64,000 nucleotides of DNA from Akkermansiaceae bacterium (GTDB taxonomy: Bacteria; Verrucomicrobiota; Verrucomicrobiia; Verrucomicrobiales; Akkermansiaceae): the NCBI GenBank assembly GCA_903908495.1, contig CAIVSK010000266.1, forward strand, positions 4,674 to 68,673. Reading direction: 5' to 3'. This document shows positions 19,251 to 28,544 of this stretch, piece after piece. The notes beneath the pieces are model-generated. The model saw nothing but the letters and a program-made list of their open reading frames with translations, did not search any database and had not been told where the DNA came from. Position 1 is the stretch's first letter. Each line of letters begins with the position of its first letter. The translations under genes and the position numbers were made by a program.

Positions 19251-19447
19251 GAAATTTTGGGCGTTAGAAAAATGGCGGGGCTTCACTGTGGCGCGATCTC
19301 CGCGGCGAGGCGGATGATGGCGCGCGGCCCGCTTTTTACTACTGGAGGAGACTCCAATTATCAAAAAAGTGGTTGACTCCGCTGCGGGGCGGGGCGGGGC
19401 TTTGGCACCTCAGTCCCGCTCAGTGACGGTGGATGACTTATTGAAAT

Positions 19448-19461
19448 TGTTCTCTTGAACA
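19448..19461 (+). promoter_or_regulatory. Putative LexA (SOS) operator TGTTC-TCTT-GAACA
   Basis: Perfect 14-bp palindrome 27 nt upstream of the imuA start. It matches the TGTTC-N4-GAACA motif reported for Verrucomicrobia LexA, as I recall it. No second copy was seen in the window. Confidence 0.7.
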
Positions 19462-19488
19462 GTTTAAGGGTGCTGCTAAAGTTTTGGC

Positions 19489-20124
19489 GTGAGCCCGTCA
19501 CCGGTGGAAACATTGCGCCAGCAACTGCGGGAGAAATTCCCGCAGGCGCATGGATTGCGGCCGCAAGCCGGGCCGGTGGAGGCGGTGGCAATGCCGTTGA
19601 CGGTGGCGAGTTTTCCGGCGGGGGCGATTTCGGAGGTGGTTCCTGCCGGGGCGGGTGCCGGCTTGCTGTTGCTGGTGGCCGGGCTGCTGGGGGATCCGGC
19701 GGAGGTCAGCCCGCACCCGCAACTCGTGCTGGTGGACGGGGCGGATGGTTTTGATCCCGCGTCGTTTCCCGGCAATGCCTGCGCGCGCTTGCTGTGGGTG
19801 CGCTGCCGCTCGGCCAGCAGCATGCTCAAGGCGGCCGATTGGCTGCTGCGTGATGGCAATGTGCCGGTGGTTTTGCTGGATGCAAGCGGGCTGGCGCGGC
19901 GCGATCTGGTGGCGCTGCCGGCGTCCGGCTGGTGGCGCTTGAAGCAAGCGGCGGAGGGCAGTGGGTGCCGGCTGGTGGTGCTTGCGCCGTTTCCGTTGGT
20001 GGCGGCCGCGAGCCTGCGCTTGGTGCTGTCGGCCGAGCTCACTCTGGGGGATTTTGATGGTTCGCGCGACGAATTGTTGCAGCGCCTGCGGCCGGTGCCG
20101 CAACGGCTGCGCCAAGCAACCTGA
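19489..20124 (+). CDS. imuA: ImuA-like RecA-fold protein of the SOS mutasome
   Basis: 211-aa ORF (GTG start) immediately upstream of imuB-dnaE2. ..ISEVVPAGAGAGLLLLVAGLL.. is a degenerate P-loop-like region typical of ImuA. Confidence 0.7.
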   Translation: MSPSPVETLRQQLREKFPQAHGLRPQAGPVEAVAMPLTVASFPAGAISEVVPAGAGAGLLLLVAGLLGDPAEVSPHPQLVLVDGADGFDPASFPGNACARLLWVRCRSASSMLKAADWLLRDGNVPVVLLDASGLARRDLVALPASGWWRLKQAAEGSGCRLVVLAPFPLVAAASLRLVLSAELTLGDFDGSRDELLQRLRPVPQRLRQAT

Positions 20125-20133
20125 TGTCCTGCC

Positions 20134-21621
20134 ATGTTTGCCGCCCTGTATATCCCCGATTTCCCCATGGTGGCGGCCCTGCGCGGTCGGCCCGATGCGC
20201 AGGGCCGACCGGGTGCGGTGCTGGCCACTCCGGCGGGGGCCGCCCGCCAGGCGAAACCCGGCTTGCTGGCGGTCAATCCGGCCGCGCGCTTGGCAGGCAT
20301 CGCCGCCGGTTGGCCGCTCAACCGCGCCTTGGTTCGCTGCCCAGACCTGAGGCTGCTGGAGCGCGATCCGGCCGCCGAGGCGGCGCTGCGCGGCGAACTG
20401 ATCCGGATCGCTGACTCGCTCACGCCCGATGTGGAAATCACCGCGCAGGATTGCGTGCTGCTGGACCTGTCGCTGCGCAGCAAAGCACTCATCAGTCCGT
20501 TTGAATCGATCGTTTCAAGCGACTTTGAACTCTTTCATGCTCAATCGGTAACGCCGGATTTAGCGCATTTGGCGGTGCTTCATGAAACGACGCGGGGGAG
20601 GGTGGTGGTGGCGGCGGATTTGGCAGCTCTGCCATTGGAGGTGCTGGGCTGGCTGGCAGGTGGTGGGAGTGGCGGAGGGGAGTTGGACCTGTTGGATGGC
20701 TGGGGGCTGCGGACGCTGGGGGATTTCATGAAGTTGCCGCGGCAGGCGTTGGAGGAGCGGTTGGGCCCGGCGGTGGGCCGCTGGCACGACGTACTGCATG
20801 GCAAAACGTGTCGCTTGCTGCGGCTGCACCGTCCGCCGGAGGCGTTTGCCCAAAGCTTCGATTTCGAGGATCCGGCGGTGTCGTTGGAGTCGCTGGTGTT
20901 TGCGCTCAAGCGGTTGTTGCACACACTCGCGGCGCGTTTGGCGGCACGCCATTTGGCGGCGGCCCGTCTCGACTTGCGGCTGGAGTTGGAATCCGCTGCG
21001 GCCGTCAGCCGGCAACTCCGGTTGCCCGAAGCGCAAACCACGGTCGGGGGGATGCTGGCGCCGCTCCAGGCATGGCTCGAATCGCTGCAACTGGAGGCAG
21101 CTGTGCGCGGGTTGCATCTCGATGCCACAGCCACTTTTGCGACCTCGGCCCAGCGCGAGTGGTTTGGTCGGAGTCTGCCCCAGCCCGAACGTTGGGCGGA
21201 AACCCTCGCCAAACTCGATGCCTTGCTCGGCCCCGGCCAGGTGGGCATTCCTGTGCCGCCCGCATCTCACAAACCCGATGCGTTCACCTTGCATCCTGCG
21301 GCAGGCGCGGCCGGTGGTTTTCCCGCTGCCGGGTTCCGGCCGACGGCGGCGGTGCCGTTGCGCCGGTACCGGCCGCCTTGCGATATCGCCGTGGCCAGCG
21401 AGTCGCGCGACGGCAGGCCGCAGCCGTTGGCCTTGCTCAGCGGTCCGCACCCGGGCCGCATCGTGGATTGGCGCGGACCCTTTCCCGTCTCGGGCAACTG
21501 GTGGGAGCCCGCCGCCGCCTGGCAACGGCTGGAATGGGACGTCCAACTGGAAAGTGGCCACCTGTTGCGGCTGGTCTATCAAACGCCGGAGCTCTGGCAA
21601 CTCGATGGCATTTACCCATGA
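20134..21621 (+). CDS. imuB: ImuB, Y-family DNA polymerase-like protein
   Basis: MFAALYIPDFPMVAALR.. N-terminus and the length (495 aa) are typical of ImuB. Its stop overlaps the dnaE2 ATG (ATGA). Confidence 0.85.
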   Translation: MFAALYIPDFPMVAALRGRPDAQGRPGAVLATPAGAARQAKPGLLAVNPAARLAGIAAGWPLNRALVRCPDLRLLERDPAAEAALRGELIRIADSLTPDVEITAQDCVLLDLSLRSKALISPFESIVSSDFELFHAQSVTPDLAHLAVLHETTRGRVVVAADLAALPLEVLGWLAGGGSGGGELDLLDGWGLRTLGDFMKLPRQALEERLGPAVGRWHDVLHGKTCRLLRLHRPPEAFAQSFDFEDPAVSLESLVFALKRLLHTLAARLAARHLAAARLDLRLELESAAAVSRQLRLPEAQTTVGGMLAPLQAWLESLQLEAAVRGLHLDATATFATSAQREWFGRSLPQPERWAETLAKLDALLGPGQVGIPVPPASHKPDAFTLHPAAGAAGGFPAAGFRPTAAVPLRRYRPPCDIAVASESRDGRPQPLALLSGPHPGRIVDWRGPFPVSGNWWEPAAAWQRLEWDVQLESGHLLRLVYQTPELWQLDGIYP

Positions 21622-24600
21622 GCGCCGCCTTCGCAGAACTCCACGCGCGCTCGGCATTTTCCTTTCTGGATGGCGCCAGCCAGCCGGAGGCCATGGTCCG
21701 TCACGCCGCGAGTCTCGGCTACCAAACCCTCGCCATCACCGATGTGGCCGGATTTTACGGCTCGGCTCGCGCCCATCACGCCGCCCAGGAAGCGGGCATC
21801 CGCGCGGTGGTCGGCAGCGTGCTGGAAATGCCAGACGGCTCGCGTTTGCCGCTGCTGTGCGCCACCCGCGATGGGTACCGGATGTTATCGCGGCATCTAA
21901 CGGACCGGCATCTGGGCGCGGAACACCGCCGTCCCGGCGGTAAGGGCCGGCAGGCGTCCCGCCTGCCCGCCCATGAAACGACAGACTGGAGGCCCGTCGG
22001 CCATGACAGGCAGGATGCCTGTCCTCCGTCCTTCGCCGGCGGGGATTTGATCGCTCTTACCGGCGACCGCGATGGGCCGCTGTGCCGGCCCCTGCTGCGC
22101 GGCGACCGCCAAGGCGCGCTGCAAGCCGCCACTTATTTGTTAGGTTCATTCGGCCGCGACAACGTTTACGTGGAACTCAACCGCCACGGCTTGCGCGACG
22201 ACGGCCGCCTCAACCGCGACTTGGTCGAGCTGGCCGCGCACCTGCGGCTGCCGTTGTTAGCCAGCAACGCGCCCTTGCACGCCACGCGCGGCGAGCGGCG
22301 GCTGGCGGATGCCTTCAGCTGCCTGCGCCATCATGTGGCGTTGGACCACGCGGGGTGTTTGTTAGCGCCGAATGGCGAGCGGCATTTGAAGGCGCCGCGC
22401 GCCATGGCCGCGCTGTTTTCCGACCTGCCGGAGGCGGTTAGGAACAGCCTGCGGCTGGCGGATCGGATCGAATTCACCCTCGAGAACCTCAACTACCGCT
22501 TCCCGGATTTTCCCGACGGACGCGGCCACCCGTTGTCGTTAGGCGAGCAATCGACGTTGCTGCGGCGCCACGTCTATGCCGGGGCCGCGCGGCGTTATGG
22601 GATTTGCAGCAAAAAAGTGCGCGCCCAGCTTGAGCACGAGTTGGCGATGATCCAGAAGCTGGGGTTTCCGGGGTATTTTCTCATCGTCAACGATCTGGTG
22701 GAGTTTGCGCGGGGCCGCGGCATCCTGTGCCAGGGGAGGGGGTCGGCGGCGAACTCGGCGGTGTGTTACGCGTTGGGCATCACCGCGGTCGATCCGGTCG
22801 GCTGCGGCTTGTTGTTTGAACGCTTCCTCAGCGAGAACCGCCAGAGCTGGCCGGACATCGACATCGATTTCCCCTCCGGCGAGCGGCGCGAGGAGGTCAT
22901 CCAACACGTTTTTAAAAAATATGGTGAGCGCAATGCGGCGATGACCGCCAACGTCATCACCTATCGGCGGCGCTCCGCGTTCCGCGAAATGAGCAAGGTG
23001 CTCGGCATGCCTCCCGAGGCGGCCGCACGGTTTTCTAACGGTCCATCAGCATTCCACGGCGAGGGCGGGCAAGATGATGATGATGACGCGGCGGCCGGCC
23101 GCGAGGCGGAGTTCGAGGACCTGGTGGCCGGCATCCTGCCGCCCTCGCACCCCCGGCTGGCCGCGCTGTCCCATCTCTATCATGCGGTGCTCGGCATGCC
23201 GCGCCATCTCGGCCAGCACTCGGGCGGCATGATCGTGTGCGATCACGGCCTCGACGCGGTGGTGCCCTTGCAGCCGGCCACCATGCCCGGCCGCAACGTC
23301 GTGCAGTGGGACAAGGACGATTGCGAGGACCTGGGCATCGTCAAGATAGATTTGTTAGGTCTGGGCATGCTGGCTGCGATGGAGCAGGCGTTGGAGATAT
23401 GTGCCCGCCGCGGCGAGCCGGTGGATCTGGCCACCATCCCGAAGGATGATCCGGCGGTCTTCGAGTTGTTGTGCCGAGCGGACACGGTGGGCACCTTCCA
23501 GGTGGAAAGCCGGGCGCAGATGGCCACCTTGCCGGTGATGCGGCCGGCCACGTTTTACGATCTGGCCATTGAGGTGGCGATCATCCGGCCGGGGCCCATT
23601 GTCGGGGATCTGGTGCATCCCTATCTGAACCGCCGCAACGGCCGCGAGGCGATCGACTATATTCATCCGGATTGTGAGGAGATTCTCAGCCGCACGCTGG
23701 GGGTGCCGTTGTTTCAGGAACAAGTGCTGCGCATGGCGATGGCGGTGGCCGGCTTCAGCGGCGCGGAGGCCGACGAGCTGCGCCGCGCAATGTCCTTCAA
23801 GCGCAGCGATGAGCGCATGGAGCGGGTGAGCGCCAAACTGCGCCTGCGCATGAACGAACGCGGGGTCAGCCCCGGCGTGCAGGAAAAAATCGTCAACTCG
23901 ATCGGTTCGTTCGCATTGTATGGATTTCCCGAGAGTCATGCGATTTCCTTCGCACTGATCGCATATGCGAGTTGTTGGCTCAAGGTGCACCGGCCGGCGG
24001 AATTCTATGCCGGGCTGATCAACAACCAGCCGATGGGATTCTATTCAGTCAACACCCTCATTCAGGACGCGCGGCGTCACGGGCTGCGCATCAAGCCGGT
24101 GTGCTGCCTGCGGAGCGCGGCTCTAACGGAAGTGGAGGACGCCGCCACGCTGCGCCTCGGCCTGCACCGGCTCAAGGGGCTGGGCACCGCCACAATTGCT
24201 AGAATCGTCGCCGAGCGCCAGCGCGAGCCGTTTGCTTCCATCGAGGATTTTCTGCTGCGGGTGCGGCCAGGCACCAAGGAAAAGCGCCTGTTGGCCCAGG
24301 CCGGTGCCTTGAACGAACTGCCGGAAATCGGCCACCGGCGCCAGGCGGCGTGGCAGGTCGAGTTACCCCTGCACGACGACTTGTTGCCGCCCGCTCCGGC
24401 GCACCGCCAGGGGGTGTTGCCAGCAATGACTCCCGCCGAACGGCTGGCGGCCGACATGCTGGCGCAGGGTGCCACCACCGGGCCGCATCCGATGCGCTTG
24501 TGGCGTGAGGCGGCTGGCACTCCGGAAATCCTCCGCGCCCGCGACCTCCAACACCTGCCTAACGGCTTGGCGGTGGCCATCGCCGGCATGGCGATCTGCC

Positions 24601-24851
24601 GCCAGCGGCCGGGCACCGCCAAGGGCCATTGTTTCATCTCGCTGGAAGACGAAACCGGCATCGCCAACCTGTTTGTGCCCAAGGCGACGTTCCAACGCCT
24701 GCGCCGCGTCATCACCAGCGAACCATTTTTGTTAGCCAAGGGCCGCCTCCAGCGCTCCGAGGGCGACCAGCCGACGGTTTACGTCACCCACGTCGAGCCC
24801 TTGCCGGATGGCCCCGCCGGTCACGCGGCGGAGTCCCATGATTTCCACTGA
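21618..24851 (+). CDS. dnaE2: Error-prone DNA polymerase III alpha-like subunit DnaE2
   Basis: MSAAFAELHARSAFSFLDGASQPE.. PHP domain followed by the polymerase core, 1077 aa. The 20808 ORF start is an out-of-context extension overlapping imuB. Confidence 0.93.
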   Translation: MSAAFAELHARSAFSFLDGASQPEAMVRHAASLGYQTLAITDVAGFYGSARAHHAAQEAGIRAVVGSVLEMPDGSRLPLLCATRDGYRMLSRHLTDRHLGAEHRRPGGKGRQASRLPAHETTDWRPVGHDRQDACPPSFAGGDLIALTGDRDGPLCRPLLRGDRQGALQAATYLLGSFGRDNVYVELNRHGLRDDGRLNRDLVELAAHLRLPLLASNAPLHATRGERRLADAFSCLRHHVALDHAGCLLAPNGERHLKAPRAMAALFSDLPEAVRNSLRLADRIEFTLENLNYRFPDFPDGRGHPLSLGEQSTLLRRHVYAGAARRYGICSKKVRAQLEHELAMIQKLGFPGYFLIVNDLVEFARGRGILCQGRGSAANSAVCYALGITAVDPVGCGLLFERFLSENRQSWPDIDIDFPSGERREEVIQHVFKKYGERNAAMTANVITYRRRSAFREMSKVLGMPPEAAARFSNGPSAFHGEGGQDDDDDAAAGREAEFEDLVAGILPPSHPRLAALSHLYHAVLGMPRHLGQHSGGMIVCDHGLDAVVPLQPATMPGRNVVQWDKDDCEDLGIVKIDLLGLGMLAAMEQALEICARRGEPVDLATIPKDDPAVFELLCRADTVGTFQVESRAQMATLPVMRPATFYDLAIEVAIIRPGPIVGDLVHPYLNRRNGREAIDYIHPDCEEILSRTLGVPLFQEQVLRMAMAVAGFSGAEADELRRAMSFKRSDERMERVSAKLRLRMNERGVSPGVQEKIVNSIGSFALYGFPESHAISFALIAYASCWLKVHRPAEFYAGLINNQPMGFYSVNTLIQDARRHGLRIKPVCCLRSAALTEVEDAATLRLGLHRLKGLGTATIARIVAERQREPFASIEDFLLRVRPGTKEKRLLAQAGALNELPEIGHRRQAAWQVELPLHDDLLPPAPAHRQGVLPAMTPAERLAADMLAQGATTGPHPMRLWREAAGTPEILRARDLQHLPNGLAVAIAGMAICRQRPGTAKGHCFISLEDETGIANLFVPKATFQRLRRVITSEPFLLAKGRLQRSEGDQPTVYVTHVEPLPDGPAGHAAESHDFH
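21945..22027. repeat. REP/MITE-like repeat family 1, copy D, inverted and in frame inside dnaE2
   Basis: The reverse complement GGAGGACAGGCATCCTGCCTGTCATGGCCGACGGGCCTCCAGTCTGTCGTTTCATGGGCGGGCAGGCGGGACGCCTGCCGGCC aligns with 56060-56140. It has a perfect hairpin GACAGGC-AGGAT-GCCTGTC at 22005-22023. It translates as ..GKGRQASRLPAHETTDWRPVGHDRQDACPP.. Confidence 0.8.
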
Positions 24852-25021
24852 GCGGCAGATTGGCTGCATGAATTCGGACAATTGTCTTGGCACGGGCGAT
24901 GGGGTGGGTAGGCTCCGGCGTTTACCGGCCATCCCAGTTCCCATGAACTCCGCATTCACCATGCCCCCCCGCCTAACCTGCCTCGTGGCGGCCATCACAT
25001 GCCCGGATCGGAGGCACCGCC

Positions 25022-26554
25022 ATGCATGACATCATCCGCCAACTCGACGAAAAGCGGGCTCGCGCGGCCATGGGCGGCGGCGTCAAACGCATTGCCGCGC
25101 AACACGCCAAGGGCAAACTGACCGCTCGCGAGCGCATCGAAATTTTGCTCGACGAAGGCTCGTTCGAGGAGTGGGACATGTTTGTCGAACACCGCTGCAC
25201 CGACTTCGGCATGGACCAGGAGTCGGTGCCCGGCGACGGCGTGGTCACCGGCTTCGGCATGATCAACGGCCGCCCGGTGTTTGTCTTCTCCCAGGATTTC
25301 ACCGTGTTCGGCGGCTCCCTGTCCGAGGCCCACGCCGAGAAAATCTGCAAGATCATGGATCACGCGATGAAGGCCGGCGTGCCGGTCATCGGCCTCAACG
25401 ACTCCGGTGGCGCGCGCATCCAGGAAGGCGTCGCCTCACTCGGTGGCTACGCCGAGGTGTTCCAGCGCAATGTGTTGGCTTCGGGCGTCATCCCCCAAAT
25501 CTCGGTGATCATGGGCCCTTGCGCCGGCGGCGCGGTGTATTCTCCGGCGATGACCGACTTCATCTTCATGGTCAAGGATTCATCTTATATGTTCGTGACC
25601 GGTCCCGAGGTGGTCAAAACCGTCACCCATGAGGAAGTCACCGCAGAGGAACTCGGCGGTGCCATCACCCACACCACCCGCTCCGGCGTGGCCGACCTCG
25701 CCTTCGGAACCGACGTCGAGGCCCTGCTGATGGTGCGCCGGTTCTTCAACTATCTGCCGCTCAACAACCGTGAGAAGCCCCCACGGCGCCAAACCACCGA
25801 CACCGCGGAACGCCTCGAAATGTCGCTCGACACGCTGGTGCCGGATAATCCTAACAAGCCATACGACGTCAAGGAACTCATCATCAAGGTGGTTGATGAT
25901 TGCGAGTTCTTCGAGTTGCAGCCCGATAACGCGAAAAATATTGTCATCGGGCTGGCCCGCATGCAAGGCGCGCCGGTCGGCATCGTCGCCAACCAACCGC
26001 TGGTGCTGGCCGGTTGCCTCGACATCAAGAGTTCCATCAAGGCCGCCAGGTTTGTTAGGTTCTGCGACGCGTTCAACATCCCGGTGCTGACGTTCGTGGA
26101 CGTGCCGGGCTTCATGCCGGGCACCGCGCAGGAGTATGGCGGCATCATCACCCACGGTGCCAAGTTGTTATATGCGTATGCCGAATGCACCGTGCCGAAA
26201 ATCACCGTCATCACCCGCAAGGCATACGGCGGCGCCTATGACGTCATGAGCTCCAAGCACCTGCGCGGCGACGTCAACTTCGCCTGGCCCTCGGCCGAAA
26301 TCGCGGTGATGGGACCCAAGGGGGCGGTGGCGATCATTTTCCGCGACGAGAAAAACGATCCGGCAAAGCTCGCCGCCCGCGAGCAGGAGTACCGCAGCGC
26401 GTTTGCCAACCCGTTCATCGCCGGTCGCCGCGGCTACATCGACGACGTGATCATGCCTCATGAGACGCGCAAGCGCATCTGCCGCAGCCTGGCCATGCTG
26501 CGCGGCAAGCGCCTTGAGAACCCGTGGCGCAAGCACGGCAACATCCCGCTCTAA
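25022..26554 (+). CDS. pccB: Acyl-CoA carboxylase carboxyltransferase subunit (propionyl-CoA carboxylase beta / methylmalonyl-CoA carboxyltransferase type)
   Basis: 510 aa. ..[61 protein letters not shown]..; substrate specificity not determinable from sequence. Confidence 0.9.
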   Translation: MHDIIRQLDEKRARAAMGGGVKRIAAQHAKGKLTARERIEILLDEGSFEEWDMFVEHRCTDFGMDQESVPGDGVVTGFGMINGRPVFVFSQDFTVFGGSLSEAHAEKICKIMDHAMKAGVPVIGLNDSGGARIQEGVASLGGYAEVFQRNVLASGVIPQISVIMGPCAGGAVYSPAMTDFIFMVKDSSYMFVTGPEVVKTVTHEEVTAEELGGAITHTTRSGVADLAFGTDVEALLMVRRFFNYLPLNNREKPPRRQTTDTAERLEMSLDTLVPDNPNKPYDVKELIIKVVDDCEFFELQPDNAKNIVIGLARMQGAPVGIVANQPLVLAGCLDIKSSIKAARFVRFCDAFNIPVLTFVDVPGFMPGTAQEYGGIITHGAKLLYAYAECTVPKITVITRKAYGGAYDVMSSKHLRGDVNFAWPSAEIAVMGPKGAVAIIFRDEKNDPAKLAAREQEYRSAFANPFIAGRRGYIDDVIMPHETRKRICRSLAMLRGKRLENPWRKHGNIPL

Positions 26555-26555
26555 C

Positions 26556-28544
26556 ATGTTCACCAAGATCCTCATCGCCAACCGCGGCGAAATCGCCTGC
26601 CGCGTCATCGCCACCGCCCGCCGCATGGGCATCGCCACGGTGGCCGTGTATTCCGACGCGGACCGCGACGCGCGTCATGTCCTGCTCGCCGACGAAGCGG
26701 TCCATATCGGCCCGCCACCGCCGCGCGAGTCGTATCTGGCGATCGCAAACATTCTCGCCGCGTGCCGGGCCAGCGGCGCCGAGGCGGTGCATCCGGGGTA
26801 TGGCTTTCTATCCGAAAATGCCGATTTTGCGCGGCAGGTCGAGGCGGCCGGCCTCGCGTTTATCGGCCCCAAGCCCGCCGCGATCGCTGCGATGGGCGAC
26901 AAGATCGCCTCCAAGAGGCTCGCCATGGCGGCCAAGGTCAACACGATCCCGGGATGCGATGAGTTGGTCCGAGATGGGACGGACGCCGTGCGCATTGCCC
27001 GCCAGGTGGGCTATCCTGTGATGCTCAAGGCGTCGGCCGGCGGCGGCGGCAAGGGCCTGCGCGTTGCCCACAACGACCACGAAGCGAGCGCCGGGTTTGA
27101 CGCTTGCCGTGCCGAGGCGCTGACCAGTTTTGGCGATGATCGCATTTTCATCGAGAAATTCATCGAGCAGCCGCGGCACATCGAGATTCAGGTGTTAGGT
27201 GATGCGCACGGCAACGTCGTGCACCTGTTCGAGCGGGAGTGTTCGATCCAGCGGCGGCACCAGAAGGTCATCGAGGAGGCACCGTCGCCGTTGCTCGACG
27301 AGGCGACCCGCCGCGCGATGGGCGCGCAGGCCGTCGCGCTCGCCAAGGCGGTGGGTTATGAGTCGGCCGGCACGGTTGAGTTCGTCGTCGGCAAGGACCG
27401 CGGGTTTTATTTTCTTGAGATGAACACGCGCTTGCAGGTCGAGCATCCGGTCACCGAGATGATCACCGGCGTGGATCTGGTCGAGTGGATGATCCGGGTG
27501 GCCGCCGGCGAGCCTCTGCCATTCCAACAGGATGAGTTGAAGATTCGCGGCTGGGCGATCGAGTGCCGCATCAACGCCGAGGACTCGCTGCACAATTTCC
27601 TGCCGTCCATCGGCCGTCTGGTGCGCTTTCAACCACCGGAAGTCATCCCGGACTGCGTGCGGGTGGACACCGGCGTGTATGAGGGCGGTGAAATCTCCAC
27701 CCACTACGATTCGATGATCGCCAAGGTCATCTGCCATGGCGCTTCGCGCGACGAGGCACTGGGGCGGATGCGCGATGCGCTCAATGCCTTTGTCATCCGC
27801 GGCGTGGCAACTAACATCGCTTTCCAAGCGGCACTCACCCGCCACCCGCGCTTTGAGCAGGGGCGTCTGACGACGGCGTTCATCGCCGAGGAATATCCTA
27901 ACGGATTTCACGGTTCCGATCTGGCGCCGGGCGGGGCGGAATTTCTGGCGGCGGTGGCGGCGGCGGTGCACCGGATCTATCTGGAACGCGCGTCGCGCAT
28001 CGAGGGCCAGGTGCCGGGACACGAATTGCGCATCGGTGAGGATTTTGTGGTGGTGGGCAATGACGCCGAGCGGGAGGTGAAGGTGCAGCGGGTGGCGGAT
28101 GGGTGCGACGTGCGGATCGAGGGGACCACCCATGTGTTGCGCAGCGCCTGGCGCTTCGGCGATATTTTGATGCGCGGCACGTTTGATGGCGCGCCGTTTT
28201 GTGTGCAGGTCGAGCGTCCCGGGCTGCGCTATCGGCTGTCGTGCATGGGAGTACAACTCGAATATTCGGTGCTGCCGCGGCGGGCCGCCGAACTGCTGCG
28301 GATGATGCCGCGCAAGCTGCCCCCCGACACCTCCAAGTTCCTGCTCTCGCCGATGCCCGGGTTGTTGGTGGCGGTGGTGGTGCGCCTCGGCCAGGTGGTC
28401 GAGGCGGGCGAGCGCCTGGTGGTCATCGAGGCGATGAAAATGCAGAACACCCTGCACGCCGAGCGGGCTGGCACCATCGCCGAGTTGCTCGCCGAGCAGG
28501 GGACAAGCCTCGCGGTCGATCAGCCGATATTGCGCTTTATCTAA
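26556..28544 (+). CDS. pccA: Acyl-CoA carboxylase alpha subunit (biotin carboxylase plus C-terminal biotinyl carrier domain)
   Basis: MFTKILIANRGEIACRVI.. then an ATP-grasp domain and the C-terminal EAMKMQN biotinylation motif. Start at ATG 26556, one nt after the pccB stop. Confidence 0.92.
   Translation: MFTKILIANRGEIACRVIATARRMGIATVAVYSDADRDARHVLLADEAVHIGPPPPRESYLAIANILAACRASGAEAVHPGYGFLSENADFARQVEAAGLAFIGPKPAAIAAMGDKIASKRLAMAAKVNTIPGCDELVRDGTDAVRIARQVGYPVMLKASAGGGGKGLRVAHNDHEASAGFDACRAEALTSFGDDRIFIEKFIEQPRHIEIQVLGDAHGNVVHLFERECSIQRRHQKVIEEAPSPLLDEATRRAMGAQAVALAKAVGYESAGTVEFVVGKDRGFYFLEMNTRLQVEHPVTEMITGVDLVEWMIRVAAGEPLPFQQDELKIRGWAIECRINAEDSLHNFLPSIGRLVRFQPPEVIPDCVRVDTGVYEGGEISTHYDSMIAKVICHGASRDEALGRMRDALNAFVIRGVATNIAFQAALTRHPRFEQGRLTTAFIAEEYPNGFHGSDLAPGGAEFLAAVAAAVHRIYLERASRIEGQVPGHELRIGEDFVVVGNDAEREVKVQRVADGCDVRIEGTTHVLRSAWRFGDILMRGTFDGAPFCVQVERPGLRYRLSCMGVQLEYSVLPRRAAELLRMMPRKLPPDTSKFLLSPMPGLLVAVVVRLGQVVEAGERLVVIEAMKMQNTLHAERAGTIAELLAEQGTSLAVDQPILRFI

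Noticed and set aside
20808-21617. N-terminal 270-aa extension of the dnaE2 ORF (track ORF 20808-24851, 1347 aa)
   Set aside because: The extension overlaps imuB in another frame and is Arg/Gly/Ala-rich with no polymerase similarity. The conserved DnaE2 N-terminus (MSAAFAELHARSAFSFLDGAS) starts at the ATG at 21618, which overlaps the imuB stop.
24852-25021. Riboswitch or leader upstream of pccB
   Set aside because: No recognisable conserved riboswitch core or convincing terminator/antiterminator pair could be identified by eye.
26460-26555. Earlier start for the biotin carboxylase subunit (track ORF 26460-28544)
   Set aside because: It overlaps the end of pccB. The canonical MFTKILIANRGEIA N-terminus begins at 26556.
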